In this document: positions 24,511 to 37,601 of the stretch, one piece after another
Layout: each line of letters begins with the position of its first letter
Position numbering within the stretch: the first letter of the stretch is position 1
From: Lophium mytilinum
Lineage: Eukaryota
Assembly: GCA_010093605.1 (NCBI GenBank)
Contig: MU004184.1
Coordinates: forward strand, 754,801-818,800
Length of the DNA: 64,000 nt
Direction: 5' to 3'
Notes under the pieces: generated by a model
Database searches by the model: none
Seen by the model: the letters and a program-made list of their open reading frames with translations, nothing else
What the model was told of the DNA's origin: nothing
Position numbers and translations under genes: made by a program

Positions 24511-24681
24511 AACATGAATTTCGGCGACAGCGGAGGGCACAGTATAAGTCAATCCAAAAGTGTTTACATTGACCGTCTTTTCCACCAGTCTGGACTTTTA
24601 AACGTCAATACTTCAAGGGTATAATGCCAAACGCCTAGTCCCAACCTAATGTGATATGTGCAACTGGACGGCCACTGCATC

Positions 24682-25202
24682 TCAAGCTGGAGGGGTGTCG
24701 TGGATCATTACGAGGAGATATTTAACATCTAGAACGCGGTTTAGCTTTCCGCTGACATGGTGGTCGTTGAAGGCTCTCCATACCTGGCACAATTATCAAC
24801 TCGCACTTCTTCGTCCTCAATCGCAGCAGCTTGACCTCATCTTCTTTGTCTAGCTCTTCGACCATGGACCCAGCGGAGTTGATGAATGTCCACACCATCC
24901 GCGCCACATCTTCTGCACTGTGTATACCGCTCTCCTTCCTTCCGTTGCTGTATCCGTCGCTTGTGTTGTCGGTAGACGCAGGCAGGGTGCTGTTTGGGTT
25001 GGCAGATTTGCTGTTGGAGATTAAGCCGGATGTGCGGACGATGACGCCAGTTTCTCGAGAGAGGATGAGGGTACTTTGCACCCCGGGCTTCTGACCAAGT
25101 CTCGAGAGGTGCGCGAGAGTCTCGTCAGGCTGGTATAATGTTAGCATGTTGCGCGCTGTAGGTAGCTTTGGGCCGAAGGGTATTCACTGCATTGTGAGCC
25201 AT
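24682..25202 (-). CDS. Roadblock/LC7 (dynein light chain roadblock-type) protein
   Basis: LSRLGQKPGVQSTLIL...DEVKLLRLRTKKCELIIVP|DVKYLLVMIHDTPPA*; two introns. Confidence 0.85.
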
Positions 25203-25794
25203 TGCGACCTCTTGGAGGTGCTGAAAGACGAAGCGAGTGGGTGTATCGTTGACTCTGTCGCAGTATGGTAGTCTGACAGTCGGATATTGCTGCTTTGGTA
25301 ATGGTGACTGCAGGTGAGGTCACTTTAGAGCCTAACTTGGAAACAACAAGTTGGTGAACCTTGGCGTGGATGAAAGCACTATTTTTGGCACCGTGTTGAA
25401 CAAAGTGTGTCTAGGCGATTTCCATGTGACTCGCTACTGGAGTTGTTTTCTTCTGATGGAGGCGCAGGTACAGCTGCAGAAGGGCGGGCTGTTTAGCTTC
25501 GAGCTTCCAGAAGCATATAAAAATGCCTCTCAGCTCGTCCACCATACGGGCGCACGCCTTGAGCACATGCAGACGCCGGGAGCCGCATAGATGGCTTCGC
25601 TTCGCAGCGTGCAGCAGAACGTCATGCTGTCGCTGCATCGTCGTCCCAATTCGTCGTCGCGGGCCTAGCATTCACTCCTCGGGACGGCAGTGTAGCCTAG
25701 CCGTTGCTGAGCAGGCCGTGATTCATCGACGGCGCTGCATCCCCAAACTGCCCAGGGGTGCTGAGGCATTTTTTTAACAAGGACCGTCATCGTG

Positions 25795-25924
25795 GAGTGA
25801 TCTTATTTTACCTACGGCCAAGCACGCCAGGCCCCACGCCGGCGCGCGCACGGCTCACCACGCTGAGGTACACCCGCGCACATAAATTTATATATAGAAT
25901 TGTACTATAGCATGTATATATATA
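25795..25924 (+). repeat. Left terminal inverted repeat of the MULE
   Basis: Reverse complement of about 36765-36894, differing by a few transitions. Confidence 0.92.
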
Positions 25925-27417
25925 AGCTTAATACTATAAGACTCTAAAAATCTATAGAGATAGCTATATATATTAATTTTATAGTATTTCTACTTATTCT
26001 CTCTACTCTCCCTATAGTATACGTTATTAAACTCCCCTTCTAGCTTATTCTTAGTGCTAGAATTATCTAATTCCTTTTTATTTAAGCTTATTCTAAGATT
26101 CTCTACCTAAATATAGTTAAGATTATACTCTAGGCTAGTCTATTTACTCTAATTAAGGCCGCTAGCCTTCTATTTCTTACTATTAAGCTTATTCTAAGTC
26201 TCCCCTTTAGAAAATATATTTTTAGTATTAAGTACACTATAGAAATCTATTAAGGAAAGCTACTTATATGCGCTCCCTCTTATAAGGGGGCCTATAGCCT
26301 ACCTAAGGCTATCTATCTACTTATTTCTATAGTTAAATTAGCTCTTTAAGGGTATAGTTTTACTCTTTTCTATAAAATTAAACTACTAAGAATATAGTAT
26401 ATTCTATTACTTACATGCTCTTAGAGTTTACCTATTCTTAGCTGCCTACTCCTCTACTTTCTCTTTATATTATACCTACTATATATACTATAGGCTCTAG
26501 CTTTAGTATATCTCTAGGCCGGCATTCTTAAATATATAGATATAGTTCTTCTAATAGAATTTCTTAAGTATTCTATAGAGGATCTCTCTCTACTATATAT
26601 AGCGGTATAGTAGCTTATACCTTTTAAAGAATTTATATATATAACGCACCTTATTATTATATTTCTTAAGGAGAATACTATTATTAATATACTACTTAGC
26701 TAGGTTAATTTCCACTACTATTTTCTTCTAAATAACTACTAGAAATTGCTATAGAGCTAGAAATTAATAGGCCTCTAGTAGGTATATAGAATATAATTAA
26801 GTAATCCTTTTAGTAGTATATAAGTTATATTATAGTGCAGTTTTATAGAGGTTTATTAGCATTTCCCTAAGAAAATACTTACCCGCTATTTTCTTAGTAT
26901 TTTAAGACTTCTTTTTAATTATATAGTGCTAGGACTTATTTATATTAGTAGTTACAATCTAGAGAAGTAATAGAATATAAGCGCGCTTAAAATTAGCCTA
27001 TAAAGGGAGTATTAGGTACTACTTATAGTAGAGGTATTAAACTAGGTTAAAATTCGCCTTTCTCTATTTACTTTTAGATAGTTCTAGGGCCCTAGAACTA
27101 GATAGTAATAGCGCATATTATTCTTTTACTATAATAGAATAACTAGGTAAAGTAGTAGGTACTATAGAGGCTAGTAGGTAGTTAGTTAAGGGGGGTATAG
27201 ATACTTTTTTCCCCTGTAAGTATATAAGTTTTATATTTATAATAAGAAGTACGCGCAGAAAAAATACTATAGAACGGGCGAAGTAAGTAAAAAAGTAATT
27301 TTCTATACTATAATAAGATCTATATAGGACTAAATATTATAGTATAATATATATAGAAAATAGAAAGGCTATATAGCCTTTCTATTTTTAATAATACTAT
27401 ACTTAGTAAGCTATTTC

Positions 27418-27619
27418 TATTACGGACTATAAGAGGTAAGATACGGAGCACGGTATTAAATAAGGAATAGGGTGTATTTATAAAGATAAAGTCGCGTAGA
27501 GATAGAGGTTCTACGCGGCGGAGGCTAAATATAGGCTAGAGGTATAAAACCGCGCTAGCGCACGGGCTTATATAATATAGCCGAGAGCATATAATATATA
27601 TAGAGCTAGATCTATTATA
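27418..27619 (-). repeat. 3' LTR (202 bp)
   Basis: Direct repeat of 35104-35305, next to the PPT; the TG...CA ends appear RIP-converted to TA...TA. Confidence 0.92.
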
Positions 27620-30600
27620 CTACCCCCCTAAACTAAAGAAGAAAGACTATAGAAAAGAAAGGCTATATAGCTATATAGTAAGGCTATAGACTAAGAAAAA
27701 TAAAATACTAAGAAAATATAGTTATAAGTAATTAAGTAAGAACTATATAAGAAAGGGGCGTGCTTATAGCGTTATAAAGGTAGGTATTTCTATTAAGATA
27801 GCTTAGCTAGCTAGATATAGTAGAGGATCCGGGTTTTAGAGTTATAAATAATATTATAATATTACTACGTAAGATATATAATTAGAGTTAATAAACGCGC
27901 GCGTTATAGATTATAAGCGCGCGCTTATTAAGGACTTATTACTAGTTAGGGTTAGGCTAAAAGTTTAAATAAGGGCTATTAGCGTTAGGGTGTTAGTAAT
28001 AGAACTTACTAATAAGCTTATTAGAACTATATTTACTAAAATTAGTCTAGTTCTACTATATCTATAGCTTAGTATAGCTCTTATACTAGGCGTAGTATTA
28101 TAGCTCGCGGCTATAGCGGCCGCGTTGTAGCCAGCGGCTGTCCGCAATAAAGTTAATTAGCTATGTATTAATATAGTCTTACTTATTATTAGTTATTCTA
28201 TAAGGGTTAATAACTTAAATAGATAGAGGTAGAGCTAGGTTCTATTCTAGTATAGGCTAAGGCTTAAAAAGGTAGAGTAGGTAAGAATAGAAGATATTAT
28301 ATATATAGCGTTCTTTAAGTAACATTTCTATAAAGTTAAGCTAAAAGGCGTAACCTTAATTAATAACTTTAGTAATCTAGAATAGGCCTAGATTCTTATA
28401 GTTAAGTAAGTAATTAGGGCGTTGGGTTTTAATATTACGCGCGTTAAGCTAAACTAGGTTATTTACCTTAAGACGTAGTAGTAGTTAATAATATTAATTT
28501 ATAAAGTAAGCTTATGCAGCTATAGCCTAAGTAATAGTATAGTAATATTCCCTAAGAATCTTATTTATCTAATTAGCGTGCTAATTAGCGAGTAGCTATT
28601 TATTGCGTACTGCAGCGCGGCCTATAACTAGCGTAGAAGGTTTAATACCTAATTATAGGTAGAAGCTGCGCGTAGTAAAGAAGGAAGTAAAGCCTATTAA
28701 GGCTAATTTATAGTTATTAACTATAAATTTACTAAGAGAAAGATAATTAACCTAGTTATCTTATTAGTATAAAATAAACTGGCGTAGGTAGGCCTTTATA
28801 ATAGAGTTAGCGTTCTTAGTCTAGCTATTAGTTTTAGAATAGAAAGCGGTAGAGAATTTAGGCTTAACGCTAAGTTATTTATATAAGCGGCGCTATATAG
28901 TAAATATAAATTACACGCTATAGTTATTAATAATAACTTTAGGTAAGCTATATAGTTAGAAGATTTTATAAATAAAGGCGTTAGTAATATCTTTAATAGT
29001 ATCGCCCGTTATAGAAATATAGTAGCGTTCTTTAGATAGTCTATTAACTACTATAAGAATAAATATATATATCTACCTATTTCTTATATAGGGAGAAAGG
29101 TCTATAATAAAATCTATAGTAATTTTAGTCTATTACTTATCTAGTATATTAAGGCTATAGAGTAGTCCTTATTACTTATCTTAGAAGGCTTTTACTTAGT
29201 AGTAGCTATAATAGGCGCCTATATAGCGTTTAACATTATTATAGAAGTTAGGCTAGAAATAGTAATATTAAAGCAGCTTATAGGAGCCGTGTTTACTAGA
29301 ATAGCTAGTAATAGGCGTATTATAAGACAGGCTAAGTAGCTTAGTATAAAGCTAATTATAGGCTAGTATATATAGATAATTATAGTAATATAGTTAGTTA
29401 TCCCGTATTTTAAACCCGTTAATATTAAGGTTGCTAATAAGATTGCGGAGGGCTTTTAAAAAGAAGTAAGTACTACTTTAGATAATATCTATAAGCTTAT
29501 ATAGTATTAGATTATATAGAGGTTTAGGGTAAAGGGGGCGTATATAGGCCTTATTAATAAGGTATTATAGGTTATTATTATTATAGTTAATATTATTATT
29601 ATTATTACCTTAAACTAGCTATACTATAATAACCTTATTAGCAGCTATAATATCCTTATTAGCTAATAGAGCTGCGAAAATCTTATTAGCGTTACCGGGT
29701 AGCGCCGCGAAGTCCTTATTAGCGCTTCCGTTGCCGTCGCCGTTATTACTGGCACGGTCTTAGTTATAGCTGCGCAGCCTAGCGGGGGCAAGTTAAAGAG
29801 GTAAGAGGAAAAGAGAATATATTTTAAGAGAGGAGTATAGTAAGGTTGTTAGAAGAGGCTTAAGTTTCTTAGTGTAAGAAACTAGGCTATTTTAGTAGAG
29901 TGCGTGGAACAGGCTAAGGCTAGGCTCGCTTAGCTTAGCGTTATTTAGTAAGAGTAAGGGTAATTTACTATTTAGTATAACTTCCGGCCTAAGGTTATAA
30001 GATTTAAGTATAGTTTATTATTAAAATTAATTTCTTAGATTATTAGGTCCGTAAGGTAGGTCTTATAAATACCGCGTAAGGCTATTAGGTTTACCCCCTA
30101 ATATACTAGGATAGTATATAATCTTAAAGTTAAACCTAGTAAGAAATTTAGCCTAATAGGCTTAATATTAATTAAGCTTCTTAGTAGTTATAAACTATTT
30201 AAGATTATAATAATCTATAAGAACGTTAGTTAAATCTTTAGAGTTAGCGCTTATAAGTTTAGGTCTCTATTCTTTAAAGGCCTTAACTATAGTAAGGAGT
30301 TTCTTATTATAGATCTTATAGTTGCACTTAGCTAGTAATATCTTAGAGGAGAAAAAGGTAACTAGGTATAGAAGGCCGTTAGGTCTAATTTAGAATATAA
30401 CGCCGGCTATTATATAGTTAGAAGCGTCTATTTTAAGAAAGACCTTCTTACTATATTAGAAGTGCATAAGAATAGGTGCTTCTATAAAGGCTTTCTTAAG
30501 CGCGCAGAAGGCCTTTTTATAGGCCTCTATCTATAAAAAATAAGCTTTCTTCTACCTCTTTTAGAGCTTTATTATATTAGTAAGAGGTTTAATAATATAT

Positions 30601-33600
30601 AAGAACCTATAGATAAAACGCTAGTAGAAATTAGATAGCCTAATAAAGGCTTAGACGTCCTTAATATAGGTTAGAGTATTCTATTCTAGAATGGCGGCGA
30701 CTTTCTCTAGGTCCATGCGGATCCTATTAGTAGAAATTATTAGGCCTAAGTAGGTAACTTCTTTTTAATTAAACGCGCATTTAAATAAGTTAATATATAA
30801 GCCTGTAGCTTTTAAGCGTTTAAAAATAGCAGCTATATAGGCCTTATAATCTTCTTTTAAACCCCCTATATAAATAAGAATATTATCTAAGTATACTATA
30901 TAGAATTTATTAAGGAAATTATATAGTATATAGTTAATAAAGAATTAAAATATTCCGGGTCCCCCTATAACCCTAAAGGGCATAATAAGAAACTTATATT
31001 TACTATAGCGTATTATAAAAGCTATTTTATATTTATAGCCCGGGGCTATATAGACTTTATTAAATGTAGTAATAATATTAAGTTTAGTAAACTACTTAGC
31101 TTTACTAAGATAGTAGAGCGTTTCCTATATAAGGGGTATAGAGTAATAGGTTTTAATAGTAAGGGTATTAATAGCGCAGTAGTCTATATAGAAATAAACC
31201 CCGCCCCCTAGTTTATAGATAAGAAGAATAGAAGAGAAGACTTATAATTAGAAGCGTCTAATATAGCCTTTAGCTAGATTATTATTAAGCTATTTCTTAA
31301 TAACTTAGAGCTTATTAGCGGATATAGAATATAGGCGGCTTTTAGGTAGCTTACTAAGATTAACGCTGTTAATCTAGTTAATCTTATAGTTAATGCCTAG
31401 TTAGTATAGAGAAAGGGCGTTAGTATTAACTTAGTTAAATATATAAATATATTTATATAGGCTAGAGGGAAGTTTTATAAATATCTCTTTCTTAGTATAA
31501 TATTACTTAACTTCTATAAATTTCTTAATATTATGTATAGCTAGTTTATAGAGGTATATAGGTATATTACTTATCTATATAGCTATAACTTAGAGGTAGT
31601 TAGAATAGAGTAGAAAGTCTTTACTAGTATTAGTAAGGTTAGTAGTAATATATTAAGGTAAGTTATTAAGCTAGTCTCCTTTAATAGCGGCTATGCGTTA
31701 TATAGTAAGGTAAGCTATAACACCTATTCTTTATATAGAGTTTATAGAGTTAATAGTTATTAGAGTATAGTTATAGTTATATATAAAATTAGATGGCGCT
31801 AATTCTTTAGTATATATAATAGCGCTATTAGTATTATTAATATAGTAATAGTAATAGGGGTAGAAAATCCTATTACATTTCTCTTTTATAAAGTTAATCT
31901 TGCTAGTAACCTAGTTAATAGCTAGGTTATAGCGCTAGAACTAGCGGAGACCTAAAATAATATTATAATTACTAAGGTCTATAATATAGGCCTATTTACG
32001 GCTCTAGTATTCTTAAATAGCTATAGGGATAAGAGCTTTATAGGTAATCTTTTTAGTAATAGCTAATCTATCTACTAATTTAAGTGTACGTAATTTAGGT
32101 AAGGGCCGGGTAGAAAAGTTTATTTAGTGCGCGTAAGTAGTATCTATAAATTTATTAGTTACTCTAGTATTACTATAAAGGTATTCTTTAATTATATCTA
32201 GTAGTTATTCTTTATAGAAACGCTAGACCTTAGCTAGAACTAGAAAGCTATAGAGGGTCTTTTTATTAGTTTAACCCGCTTAAATATTATTACTAAGAGA
32301 GGTAGCTAAAATAACTAACCTTCTTAACTATAACTATATAGATTCCTTATTTTTATAGTATTAGACTACTTTAGTAATAATACGCCCTAGATTATAACTA
32401 TAATCTAGAACTAAGTATTTTCTAAGTAGGGGTGGCTCTAGTTTTAGGTATAGGACTAGCTGTATTCTATAAATAGTCCCCTAGCGCCTCTAGATAAGAT
32501 AGAAGTATTAATACCTACTTTAGTAAAAGCTAGAGTAAATATAGTAGAGGCTATATAGATAGATAGAGTATATATAGATAGAAGCGCGTATATAAATAGA
32601 GTATATATAGATAGGGCTAGAGTTATAATATTATTTAGGTATATACTAATACTATATAGGGCAAGTATAGAGCGCTCTATAGAGTACTACTAGTTAGTAG
32701 AGGTATAGTCTATAAGTTAGTAGTAAAAGTAATAGTTTTTACTTATAAGCTAACGCTTTTAATTATCTATAAGGCGGCCTAGGGTAGGGCGCTGCTAATT
32801 AGTAGAAATATTAACAGGAAAGTTTATAGCTTTATATAGTGCGGATATCTAGTAATTCTAGCTAGGCGCATTTATAGTATTCTAGCCTTATTCTTAGGTC
32901 TAGTTATTCTAGTAGCCTTAATTCTAAGAGACCTAGTTCTAAGTAGCTTAGAACTAACCTATTAGGGTCTAGTTAGGGGGGTTCTAATTAGAAGGGTTCT
33001 ACGGGCGGTTGCCGCGGTAGCTACTATAGTAACTATTATTAGTCTAGAAGTTATTAGGCTATTAACTATACTATCCGGGCTAGTTATATAGTTAGCGTAG
33101 TTAGGTATAGTTAACTATAGCTTAGTCTAGAAGCTAGTTGCAGTATATATTAATAACTTTATATCCTTTCTTATAATATTTTCCTAGAACGCCCGCAGGC
33201 TTAGTAATACTAGGGCGGATCTTTACTTTAAGCGCGGTAATATTCTAATAGTATTCTTAGTTTAGAAGCTATACTATAAGTACTTAGTATTTAGCGTAGA
33301 ATATATTAAGGTTATTATTGCCCTATATTAGTTAGTTAAGTTGCTAGAAAGTAATAGCCTTAGAGTTATGCGGTAGGTTCTTAATATTAAGGCGCTTAAT
33401 AGCATTATTAAGAGTATAAAAAGGTTAATAGCTAGTTATCCGCGCTATATAGTTGCTAAGAGGTATACTAGTAAGGTATATACTAAGAAAGTAGAGGCGG
33501 AAGCCTTTATTATATTAGTAGAGGCAGCTACTATAAATAAACTTACTAAGAACCTAGTAACGCTAGATAATATATTTAGTTTTATTACTATTATACTTAG

Positions 33601-35103
33601 GGGGGTATAGCATAGTCTTATTTTTATTTTAATTAGCGCGTGTTCTACAGTTAATATTATATAGGGGTAGTAGAGCACTATTAAGTCTAATAAAAGGTAG
33701 TATATATAATTAAGGGGCCCGAATTAAATTATAGGTATAGAAGTTCTTATTATTATTACTATTACTAGAATTAAAGGGGGGTCCGCCGCCGCCTAAGCAT
33801 ATATAGGTCTATTAACTATAGAGGGGCTTATTAGGGCGGCGGGGTAGTAAGAGTTAGTATTAGTAGTAGTTATAGTTACAGCCGCGTAACTAATTACGGC
33901 CAGATAGAATAGAAGGGTATTATTCTAGCTTAGCGCCTTTTTTACCTATAATATAGGCTATAAGCTTACATTAATAGGTTATAGTAGCGGCGAGTTATAT
34001 AGTAATCTTATTAGAGGGTAGGCTATTAGCGCAGGCTATAGGGCTAGAGATAGTAGTATACTAGAGGCTATTAATATAGACCTTAGTAGTAGTAAGGGCT
34101 TTTTTAATATTCTTAATATAGGCCTTAAGCTTAGTAATACGCTTAGCTAAAGCCTTACTATAGGCCTTAAGCTTAGTAATACGCTTTACTACTATTACAT
34201 TAATAGTATCTATTTAGGTAGTAAACGCTACTATATTAGTAATATATTTATATATAATTATATCTTTAGAGTTTCTAGCATAAATAGCATTATCTCTATC
34301 TTAGATAGTATTGTCGCGGTTATTATAGAGGTTAGAAAGGTCGGACTAGTATTTAAATTTTATATTAGCGATAGTCTTTTCTAGTTACTTAATATTATCT
34401 TTTACGGCTAGAAGGTAATTATCTTATTACTTAATTATACTATAAGCTTACTTATTAAGCTTAGCCTAAGCCTTTATAGAGGCCTTATTACGCTCTAGGT
34501 AGTTATATAGTTAGCGGATCTTAGCTTTATATAAACGGGTTAATTTAAAGGCTATTACCTTATTTTTAGTAATAAAGTCTATAAAGGCTTTAGCGTTAGA
34601 AACCTTATATATAATAGAAGCTTTATTAGCATCTTATTTATTAATAGCGGAATAATTAATAAGTTTATTAACTTTAAGAATAGAGTTCTTAAAGGCGCCG
34701 GGCATCTTAGGGTAGTAGATGTAGCTACTAGAGTTAGGCTAATTAGGGTGTTTCTAAAGTTTATTATCTTTAAGGAAAGCGTTATCTTTAGTAAGATTAT
34801 CTTAGGTATTATTATAGCTATGCGCGCGCTGTAAGTTTCTAGTAATTATCTAAGATTTCTTAGTAGCGGTATTCTAGAAGTCTTAAGTTAAGGCCTAGAA
34901 GTCTAAGGGTATAAGAATAGTACACTATAAGAGAAGATTATAAAGCTTCTATATATTAGTTATACTAAGGGGTTTAAAGTTATAGTTATTAGCTATAGTA
35001 TTAATAGCCGCGCGGGGTAATTATAGGGTATTATAGTTTACTAGTAGTAGAGTTATAGTTTAAGGACTTAGTAGAATAGTAGCTAGATAGAGTAACTTTA
35101 TAG

Positions 35104-35305
35104 TATTATAGACTATAAGAGGTAAGGTATAGAGCATAGTATTAAATAAGAAATAGGGTGTATTTATAAAGATAAAGTTGCGTAGAGGTAGAGGTTCCAC
35201 GCGGCGGAGGCTAAATATAGGCTAGAGGTGTAAAACCGCGCTAGCGCACGGGCTTATATAATATAGCCGAGAGCACGTAATATATATAGAGCTAGATCTA
35301 TTATA
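35104..35305 (-). repeat. 5' LTR (202 bp)
   Basis: Direct repeat of 27418-27619 with about 14 differences by manual count, all transitions. Confidence 0.92.
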
Positions 35306-36764
35306 ATTTCTTAATATATATATAAGTAATTAATAATTAGAAAAGTAGCTTACCTTATACTTAGTAGGGGCAATTATATCTATAATTATCTTATTATATT
35401 ACTCTAGCTTTTTAACCTTAATACTATATACTAGTAATATAGCTCTTTTTATAGCTTTCTATACTATAGTCTCTATAGAATAGTAATATAATACTAAGTA
35501 TATTTCTTTCTAAATTAGTTCTTTCTTTATATATCTAATAAGCGTATAGCGTAAATAAACCTAGTAAAGGAGATACTCTACCTCTTACTCTTCTTCTTAA
35601 AGGCCTAGAAATGCTATTTTTATAGCTAATTATTTAGCGGCGGAATTATCTATAAGAAACTAATATAGTGCCTATTAAGAGGCCTTTCTCTAGCCTCTAT
35701 TATACTAGCCTTTAATAACTCTTATTACTACTACTAGTATATTAGTGTCCTCTCTATTAGTAAGAAGGTAAGCTACTAGAATAAATATTTCTATAGTATC
35801 TTATACTATAAAGGTATATAAATACTATTTTAGCTTATTTATTTTATATATAGAGTTAAGAAGAATAAGTGTACTATACTTTTTAAGAGCCTCTAGCCTC
35901 TCTAGGTAGTAGAAAACTATACCTGTAGATATATTATTAGAAGAAGAATTATATAAGGTAGCCCCCTTTACCTATTAAGCTATATTATACTTATTAACCC
36001 GTATTTACTAGTAGACCTACCCGTTTTAGTTAAGAAACTTAATAGTAGTAGATACCTACCGGGTAGAAGAATTATTATAGCCTTTAATATAAAAATCTAG
36101 GTACTTAACTCTCTAGAATTTACTCTAATTAATAATATCTTGCACTATAAGATGCGCGCCGCTAGTAGTAACTAATTAAGCCCTTTTATCCTGTTAATAT
36201 TAAGTTTCTTAGAGTTGTAAAAGTATATTAAATAGTGCAGATTAATATATAATATTAATTTCTACCTATTTTCTAAGGCTCTTATTTCTCTTAAGCTAAT
36301 CCATTCTATTAAAAGTATATAAATAGCCCTTACCGCCTTTATTACTCTAGAATATAAAGGTTTAACTAGTATATTATTCTATCTAAATAGAATATAAGTA
36401 GGTACTGCTATTATAGGTCCTTTTCTACCTCTTAATTCCTTTATTAGAATTCTTTATAGTATTTTTTTTAAAGGATTTATTTATTTTAGTAAAGAGGCGG
36501 CACTTATAGAACTTTATATAGGCGTTATCTATCTTTCTAGTATAGTCTCTTATATACTTCTAGATGTTAGATATATATAGCTAGTATAAATTAAAGGCGG
36601 CATTTAAGATTTTAATAGGGGTAGCGATATTATAGAGCTTTTAACGCTAATTAGTAAGTTCTAGGGGGTTCTATAGTAGCTAGTGCTTACTAGTAAGCTA
36701 GCCCTAATAAGGCTTAATATAGGGGCGCGGTATAGTTACTTTAATAGAGGAAATTAAGTAAATA

Positions 36765-36894
36765 TATATATATATACGCTATAGCATAATTCTATATATA
36801 AATTTATGTGCGCGGGTGTACCTTGGCGTGGTGAGCCGTGCGCGCGCCGGCGTGGGGCCTGGCGTGCTTGGCCGTAGGTAAAATAAGATCACTC
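36765..36894 (-). repeat. Right terminal inverted repeat of the MULE
   Basis: ...GTGCGCGGGTGTACC...GTAGGTAAAATAAGATCACTC mirrors the left end. Confidence 0.92.
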
Positions 36895-37312
36895 GTCATC
36901 GTGTGGTCCTGGCACTGCGTCTTTGCTGCGAGAAGTACATATATCTCGACACCGCTCCTCTCGCACCCAAAGAACTACCACGCGCCTAGATCCGCTTCCG
37001 ACCACCATCTCGCCAGCACCTGCTCGCTGTCCGATATCTGCCGGTAATTCGTAGGGGTGTTGTGAACTTAATCTAAGTCAGTTGGCCGCTTTCGTTTAGT
37101 TCGTCGAACCCGCACATTTTCCGAGCTTTTCTCCACGCCGAAGGCCCCTCCATCTTCGCCCCTCGACTTTTTCCTTCTCTACAACACCAAACTCTCGTCT
37201 ACTACCTTACTGACGCCCTAGTCAGCTCTCTTCCTACAGACAGCCTTTGGTCTTCACAAAGGCACTCCGCGCACCACGGCCCCATTGGCCTCTCACCGCT
37301 TTATCCTTCAAA

Positions 37313-37543
37313 TTGCCTCTACTCGCCCACATCCCGATATTGTCAACACACAACCTCCCCCGACTGCTACCAGCCTCCATCGAGCTCAAGCATCTCCTTT
37401 TCGCCCTTGAACCACCCGAACCCCTCGTCTCCTCCCAACCTAAGCTGCCGAATAGCCGCTCTTTGTGGTTCTTCCTCCTAGAGGAAGAATCGAGGGGCCC
37501 TCGCCACACGAGTCTCGGATTCGAAAGCTTCCGTCCACCATAA
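37313..37543 (+). promoter_or_regulatory. Non-AUG upstream coding region (uCC-like) in the ODC 5' leader
   Basis: No ATG between about 37030 and 37601. An open frame has UUG in a strong context (TTCAAA-TTG, 37313) and ends ...LWFFLLEEESRGPRHTSLGFESFRPP* 58 nt before the ODC ATG. Confidence 0.65.
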
Positions 37544-37601
37544 CATCGTTCTTGAGAAGCCGAAAAGCAACTGTTATACCCCCGGGCTTTATTTCCTGGG
37601 A

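Larger units (their letters stand above)
27418..35305 (-). mobile_element. Ty3/Gypsy LTR retrotransposon, full length, RIP-inactivated
   Basis: 202-bp LTRs; 5-bp TSD ATTTC (27413-27417, 35306-35310); polypurine tract (reverse complement of CTACCCCCCTA, 27620-27630). Minus-strand RT remnants (FTKL.II..F, MPF., YLDN for YLDD at about 30882-30893), RNase H DAS at about 30420-30430, and an integrase GPF-type region (LV*LNARNIKTQRP) at about 28400-28460; RT-RH-IN order. Confidence 0.93.
25795..36894 (-). mobile_element. Mutator-like (MULE) DNA transposon, RIP-inactivated, interrupted by a Gypsy element
   Basis: 9-bp direct repeat GTCATCGTG at 25786-25794 and 36895-36903; TIRs of about 130 bp beginning GAGTGATCTTATTTTACC. 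Minus-strand remnant LLL*IVTTNINKS*H near 26920-26980 resembles the MULE TTN..ESWH motif. About 3.2 kb once the nested element is removed. Confidence 0.9.

Noticed and set aside
27965..33678. ORFs 27965-28147 and 33445-33678
   Set aside because: Ile/Leu/Tyr-rich by-products of RIP within the retrotransposon, not genes.
25795..36894. Starship-type or viral element, or a centromere, as explanation of the AT-rich island
   Set aside because: The island is fully accounted for by a TIR/9-bp-TSD element plus a nested LTR element. No tyrosine-recombinase captain or cargo genes are visible.
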